Origin: an uncultured Alphaproteobacteria bacterium
GTDB taxonomy: Bacteria; Pseudomonadota; Alphaproteobacteria; CAAGCB01; CAG-977
Assembly: GCA_944391535.1 (NCBI GenBank)
Contig: CALXTY010000002.1
Span: forward strand, 1 to 57,359
Length of the DNA stretch: 57,359 nt
Direction of reading: 5' to 3'
Shown here: in pieces, positions 57,147 through 57,359 of the stretch
How positions within the stretch are numbered: the first letter of the stretch is position 1
Layout: each line of letters begins with the position of its first letter
The notes under the pieces: model-generated
Database searches by the model: none
What the model saw: only the letters and a program-made list of their open reading frames with translations
What the model was told of the DNA's origin: nothing
Program-made: the position numbers and the translations under genes

Positions 57147-57359
57147 ATGAAAAAATCAATAAAACTTATCAGCGTTTTTACGCTTCTTCTCCTTTCTTTC
57201 TGTCCGACAGACAGTCTGGCAATATCCTGTCACGGGCCGGACGGATCTTTTTCCGTGGGCTGCGATGAAACCCGAACGCCGACAGAAATTTGCACCGGCG
57301 CCGGATATAAATTTTCTTCCGTCTCGGGAAGCAGGGTATATTGTATGGATAAAAATTGC
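57147..57359 (+). CDS. secreted furin-like Cys-rich repeat protein, paralog of 33188-33934 (3' end outside window)
   Basis: Open frame from ATG 57147 to the window end: MKKSIKLISVFTLLLLSFCPTDSLAISCHGPDGSFSVGCDETRTPTEICTGAGYKFSSVSGSRVYCMDKNC. The mature part is nearly identical to the other copy. Confidence 0.75.
   Translation, partial: MKKSIKLISVFTLLLLSFCPTDSLAISCHGPDGSFSVGCDETRTPTEICTGAGYKFSSVSGSRVYCMDKNC

Overview
The window is a densely coding chromosomal segment. By gene content and order it looks like a flagellated alphaproteobacterium, possibly host-associated; the taxonomy is inferred from synteny only. Syntenic blocks are atpA(3' end)-atpG-atpD-atpC, lptF/G-lptD-surA-rsmA-yggT-yggU-folD, xerD with aroK-aroB, CIRCE-groES-groEL, flgI/rod-binding/flgN-like/flgK/flgL divergent from fliX-dksA, and maf-rng-yacG. 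I found four tRNAs: Gln-UUG, Arg-CCG, Phe-GAA and Met/Ile2-CAU. I saw no rRNA, CRISPR array, transposase, or integrase other than xerD. The main finding is a ~190-nt non-coding block present three times (20771-20967 +, 33961-34165 -, 56921-57119 +). Each copy lies sense-oriented directly 5' of a signal-peptide gene and ends in a terminator-like hairpin ~27 nt before the start codon. Compensatory base changes between copies support RNA helices, so it is a candidate new cis-regulatory leader or sRNA family. Two of the downstream genes encode eukaryote-like furin-type cysteine-rich repeat proteins. The third is an outer-membrane beta-barrel gene split by an A7 homopolymer frameshift. Other notable items:
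- a ~70-75 aa basic insertion in ATP synthase gamma
- a 789-aa FlgL with five internal repeats
- a duplicated tRNA-Arg 3' end plus terminator next to an accessory-looking islet (Udp-like, MerR, LuxR-HTH, reverse rubrerythrin)
- tandem HNH-motif paralogs, one decayed by a 7-nt tandem duplication and a 1-nt deletion
- tandem DHH/DHHA1 phosphoesterase paralogs
- a good sigma54-type promoter upstream of flgI
All functional calls rest on motif and family recognition by eye. No database search was possible.
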